This document shows, one piece after another, positions 59,756 through 64,000 of a stretch of DNA of 64,000 bases. A model generated the notes under the pieces. The model did not search any database and had not been told where the DNA came from. It was given only the letters and a program-made list of their open reading frames with translations. Position 1 is the stretch's first letter, and every line of letters starts with the position of its first letter. The stretch comes from Hormiphora californensis (lineage: Eukaryota > Animalia > Ctenophora), in assembly GCA_020137815.1 (NCBI GenBank), contig CM035350.1:8866001-8930000 (forward strand), read 5' to 3'. A program made the translations under genes and the position numbers.

Positions 59756-59849
59756 TCACGCTTGGCACCGGGCCTCTGTATAACCAATAAACGGGATGCT
59801 TCCAAACAAAAACGCAAAGCATGCTTGATCCTTGGTTGCTATTTCGCTA

Positions 59850-60360
59850 TCTGGCGCCGCCAGGCCCCGTTTTGACAGTGCGCTCAGATCAGGTCGGCGC
59901 CGTCAGACAGCCATTTCGCATGTGCCAAGTATTGGAAAACGCGAAGTGGCTCTGAGGCGTAAATCGGGAATCTTCAAAATCGAATTTTGGCGCAGACCCT
60001 CCCAATGCAATGGTAGTACCATGTCAAAACCTGTCTGGCGCCGCGACCCATCTGAGCGCACTGTCGCTCAAATGGGGTATGGCGGCGCCATACCCCAATT
60101 TGACAGTGCGCTCAGATGGGGTCGGCGGCGCCAGACAGGCCAAAACAGGGAATGGGGCGGCGGCGCCTGACCCGATCTTTTAAAAACGGGGGATGGCCCG
60201 ATCTTCTCCCGAATAGGAAGGACACCCAACGAAGCCAGCATGCGCCACCGCCGACCCCATCTGAGCATACTGTCAAATTGGGGTATGGCGCCGCCATACA
60301 GCCACCGCCCGCCTCCACTCATTTTGAGTGCAATCAGATTCGGTCGAAACCGCCAGACAG
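59850..60360. repeat. Cluster of GC-rich motif TGACAGTGCGCTCAGATGGGGTCGGCGGCGCCAGACAG in alternating orientations
   Basis: Copies at ~59872-59910(+), ~60030-60065(-), ~60100-60138(+), ~60245-60275(-); related copies at ~20210, ~28480, ~48960. Confidence 0.7.
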
Positions 60361-62921
60361 TTACGTGGTGCCAAAGCTTCGATTTCATGTGGAGATCTAT
60401 CGTTTGTTCCGAGAGTCGGGGCACAGTCTTCTAGTCAGTCAAATGAAATAGTCTTGTGACGAACAGCTAGCACCATCCTTCATGACAAAGACGATAAAGG
60501 AAGTAATTTTGATATCTCCTTCTGGTGCTGATACACACTCACACGCCCTCCGTACAACGGTTATATAGGGGAATCTCACACACACACACGGGCAGATCTC
60601 GGTCAAGGAGAGATTAATTGATTATTCAGAATAAAGAGATCTGAGCAAAAATTAAATAGGGAAGAAAATCGAAAAATATTTAATTCTTGCTCAGATCTCT
60701 TTATTCTGAAAGACGATAAAGGTGAATGGGTGATACATGATCTGTGATGTGATCTGATAATGTTATGTGACCTGTGAGAATACTTTGTCCCGATTCGATG
60801 AGTTGCTACATTCCATGTATACAATTAGATACTTGGGGCCAGGGGGTGTCTACCAATGTACTAGTACAGTGTAATATATGAAGTATGGCGTCAAAATGTC
60901 TTCAGTTGGCCTTGTGGATGGTCATTGTCAGATGCTGAGTTTGCAATGACCAGTGTGTTTCTTTGTTTGCAGTAGGAAATCCTGACACCGTTGAAAGGGG
61001 CTCAAGAGATAAATTCGGTCCCAGTCCCATGACACACGGCCTAATTGTCCCGGAAATGATGCGAAGGGAATGATACAAACAATGTGGGAAATGAGATGGA
61101 CGGTCCCTCATATTTGATACCTAGAATTTTAAGCAAGATGGGAAGTGTATTGCCAGTGTCAGTGATTCCCACTACTTCGGTGAAATGGTGATGGAGACAT
61201 ACGTGGCATAGGGCTGACAAATCGCGCAACACGGGGTGAGAAAGAAACAAGAGAAATACGTTTCGCCCTATGCCACATTCAGCACAAAAGGCCACGAAAC
61301 GAACACTGTTTCTTGTTGAGAAAATAGTGGGAAAATGTATTAAATTAATCGTTAAAACTGGAGAAAAACAGAAAGCTCTCGCTGTCAGATTTTACACGGT
61401 TCTCTCTTCCAACTCTTTCAGTCTTTGCTATTCTCGCGATGTTCAGATTTATGATACAAAGAAATAGGTGGAACTGTCCGCGACCAGTTGATCCTCCAAC
61501 ATATTTCCGGTACCTGCGAGGAAAAGGTAGTTATTTAATGTGTCACCATAGTTCTAAAACAAAATCTAACAATTACCAGCCCACCCTGTACCCCTTTCCA
61601 GCGCTAAATTCCCCGCTAAATTACCTCTATACAAGCATGTAGAAAACGATCTCTCTCCATAGCAATTATTCCATATAAGACAACAATCTCACATCAACTG
61701 CAGCTGTGTGAGACAGCTCTTCTTCTCTCCGGTATATATATCCTTGATCAGAAGATTCCTCTCATCTTGGCAGGTGGTTTCTGTACACACAGCAGGGAAG
61801 GAGGAACGTTGGTGGCCAACACATATTCACGCAGTATCCATGACAACGGACAGGATTGTCAGATTCATTTCAGGGTACACTCCACTCTCCAGATGGCTCC
61901 ATTTCAGGAATCGTCGGCTTACTTGACATGGCTCTGTGACAAAAAGGAAACATGGTTAGATCTTACGGAGAGTGGAGGAGGGGAACAGGCAGAGATTCAT
62001 AGGGAGTGGGGCCACAGACAGGGTTTCTTAGGGAGAGGGGAACCACAGGCAGGGGGAGAGGGCACTGGGAAGGAAACTTGGGGAGAAGGGACTATAATTG
62101 TGGACAGCCGACCTGAAAGGGTTAGCGATCGGGGACATCCTTCACAGTGTAGAAACAATATAGTCGGGGAGCAAGGTACATATTATATCAATATCATGGG
62201 GTAAGGTTGTCAGAGTATTGGCCTTACAGGGGTCTGATGTGAGAAACGGAAACAGGTAGTGCCGGGGGTGCAGTAGGCGGGGGGGGGGGGGGGGGGGTGG
62301 TGATTAGTAAAACGCAGACAAAGTGCAGGTTTCCCGGTAAATTAGCTGAAAACAACAAGAACAATTAACAAAAATAAAAATATAAAGCGACGACACAGAT
62401 AGAGAGAGAGAGAGACAAAATCATTATCATCATAACATTAACCTTAATGGGGCAGCACACACACACATACTCACTCATACTCACTCACTCACACACACGC
62501 TCACTCACTAACAGTTTTGCAATAAATATACCTAAGACACACCTCTTGACTTAGTGGTGGCAGGGTTGCATGCTATCATACATATTTTTTAAAGAAACAC
62601 GCGGCAGAAAGAGAGTTAATTCACACATACAAAGCTCCAAATACATATGTTATTAGATAATTTAACACAAAGCTGAAATACACACTATTATATAATTATT
62701 TTGCGGGGACAGTGATACATTTGCAGAGGTGGGATACCTTTGAGAAATTTCCCAAAATTAGCCACTATAATATTTAGATAACACGAAATTTGCGAGCTCA
62801 CATATTATTTGCATATATAATTAATTCATGGTGGTAACGGTAACTCACCATCCAACGACGAACATAACGGGAGAGAGAGAGAGTTTTCTGAGAGCGAGAT
62901 ATATCGGAATTCTGATTTTGT

Positions 62922-63998
62922 TTACTTTTTAAAAGTTTCCGACTCCCCGCCACCTGCAGCAGTGGCTGATCGATGGTGGTGCTGCTGCCCCCTGGACCGG
63001 AAGGAGGATGATCTGGCGTTATTGTTGTACCGGCCCCAATTACTCTGGTACCGGCCCCCTCGTCCCCGGTGTGGTGGGTACATGGGTGGGGGATAGTAGC
63101 ACTGGTCGTAACCGTACTCGTACCGATAGTGGTCCTCAGGCGGAATGTGAGAGCGATGGGGCATGTAACTTTGACGGGCCCGCACTTCTTTAAACGGTGT
63201 TGGTTTAGCGATCCCAGCCCTCAGGGCCTCCTGGTACCATTCCGTATCTATGTAGCTACCCGTGTCACCGTACTCCCCGTGCTCAAAGTATATCGGATCG
63301 TACATCGTGATGGGGTTCTTTCCTTTGATGTCGGAAATCGACTCGAAAACTCGGACGGCCGTCGTGACAAGATCTGAAGCCTCGAAGTTCTGGATTCTGA
63401 CACAGTGTTCTTCTGACTGGGGTAGGGGCAGGGTGTAAACTTGGATGTAGGACTTGGTTTCTTCTTTCACTTTTTTAATCACCGACCCGCCCTTCCCTAT
63501 TATGGCGCTACAACAGTGAGTAGGGACAATCAACCGCAGTTCGAGTTTCTGACTTCCTCCCTCGTATCCCCGAACACTTCTATTTGAGTTATGGTGGATC
63601 TGGAGAGAGGGTAGAAGGGAGGTGAGGGCCATATCAAGACCATCCATTGACGATTGGATGCTCATCACCCTATCTACCGCCCCCTCCATCAGGGGCGACC
63701 CGTTCGAGCCCTGAGCGTAGATGGAGACCTTGGTATCTATCCCTGATGCCTTGGCCTCCTCCTTAATAACTTTCACATGTTCCCCGCCCTTTCCTATGAC
63801 AGCCCTCACCAGATCTTCCCTAACCAAGAACCTAAACACATCGTCCATGATTTTCCGTTTTTTGGTGAACCCCCTGGGTGGAGGGGGACGTTGCTGGTCC
63901 GGGTCTACAAAGGGATCTGGCGGGTCCCGAGCGAGGAATGGTCGGGGTCTTCCACCACCACCTCGGGATGAGGGACGTCGGGCCCCCTTCTCTGACAT
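62922..63998 (-). CDS. hnRNP K/PCBP-like KH-domain RNA-binding protein (two KH domains, RG-rich tail), intronless in window
   Basis: KH1 FRFLV..AVIGKGGEHVK; KH2 ELRLIVP..AIIGKGGSVIK; post-KH2 MYDPIYF like hnRNP K PYDPNFY; ATG at window edge so 5' end may extend. Confidence 0.88.
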   Translation of the reverse strand: MSEKGARRPSSRGGGGRPRPFLARDPPDPFVDPDQQRPPPPRGFTKKRKIMDDVFRFLVREDLVRAVIGKGGEHVKVIKEEAKASGIDTKVSIYAQGSNGSPLMEGAVDRVMSIQSSMDGLDMALTSLLPSLQIHHNSNRSVRGYEGGSQKLELRLIVPTHCCSAIIGKGGSVIKKVKEETKSYIQVYTLPLPQSEEHCVRIQNFEASDLVTTAVRVFESISDIKGKNPITMYDPIYFEHGEYGDTGSYIDTEWYQEALRAGIAKPTPFKEVRARQSYMPHRSHIPPEDHYRYEYGYDQCYYPPPMYPPHRGRGGRYQSNWGRYNNNARSSSFRSRGQQHHHRSATAAGGGESETFKK

Positions 63999-64000
63999 CC

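Noticed and set aside
59392-59875. DVIITRDTEY / SRVIMTSYSV repeat ORFs
   Set aside because: 30-bp palindromic repeat open on both strands; no supported start or splice sites.
60624-60710. ~33-bp-stem hairpin as a miRNA-like RNA
   Set aside because: More simply a small MITE remnant; no expression evidence available.

Overview
Eukaryotic (animal) genomic DNA with short GT-AG introns, many (AG)n/(CT)n microsatellites, minisatellites and MITEs, a 100-N gap (20746-20845) and two homopolymer-corrupted low-quality tracts (~31400-36000, ~42400-45280). A 109-bp MITE at 10909-11017 matches my recollection of a very abundant Pleurobrachia (ctenophore) repeat, so a ctenophore origin is likely but unverified. 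Genes assembled by hand: CFAP69 (18 exons, +), a kinase 3' exon, a C10orf143-like gene, an intronless VAMP/synaptobrevin, NCOA5/Neosin-like (RRM), a TPV-repeat gene, an MGC-starting exon, a tandem-DEP (DEPTOR-like) gene hosting two nested intronless ORFs, PPP1R10/PNUTS and an hnRNP K-like KH gene. There is also a 5'-truncated LINE (RNase H) with TSD. Most unusual: (1) tandem arrays built from splice signals, notably ~37 copies of a 54-bp unit = TACTAAC branchpoint + pyrimidine tract + AG + 21-nt frame-preserving pseudo-microexon + GT, with many smaller donor/acceptor duplications across the window; (2) two unrelated ~4.2-kb foldback elements whose interiors are head-to-head inverted minisatellite arrays; (3) nested genes in the DEP gene. 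All homology calls are from motif recognition, not database searches.
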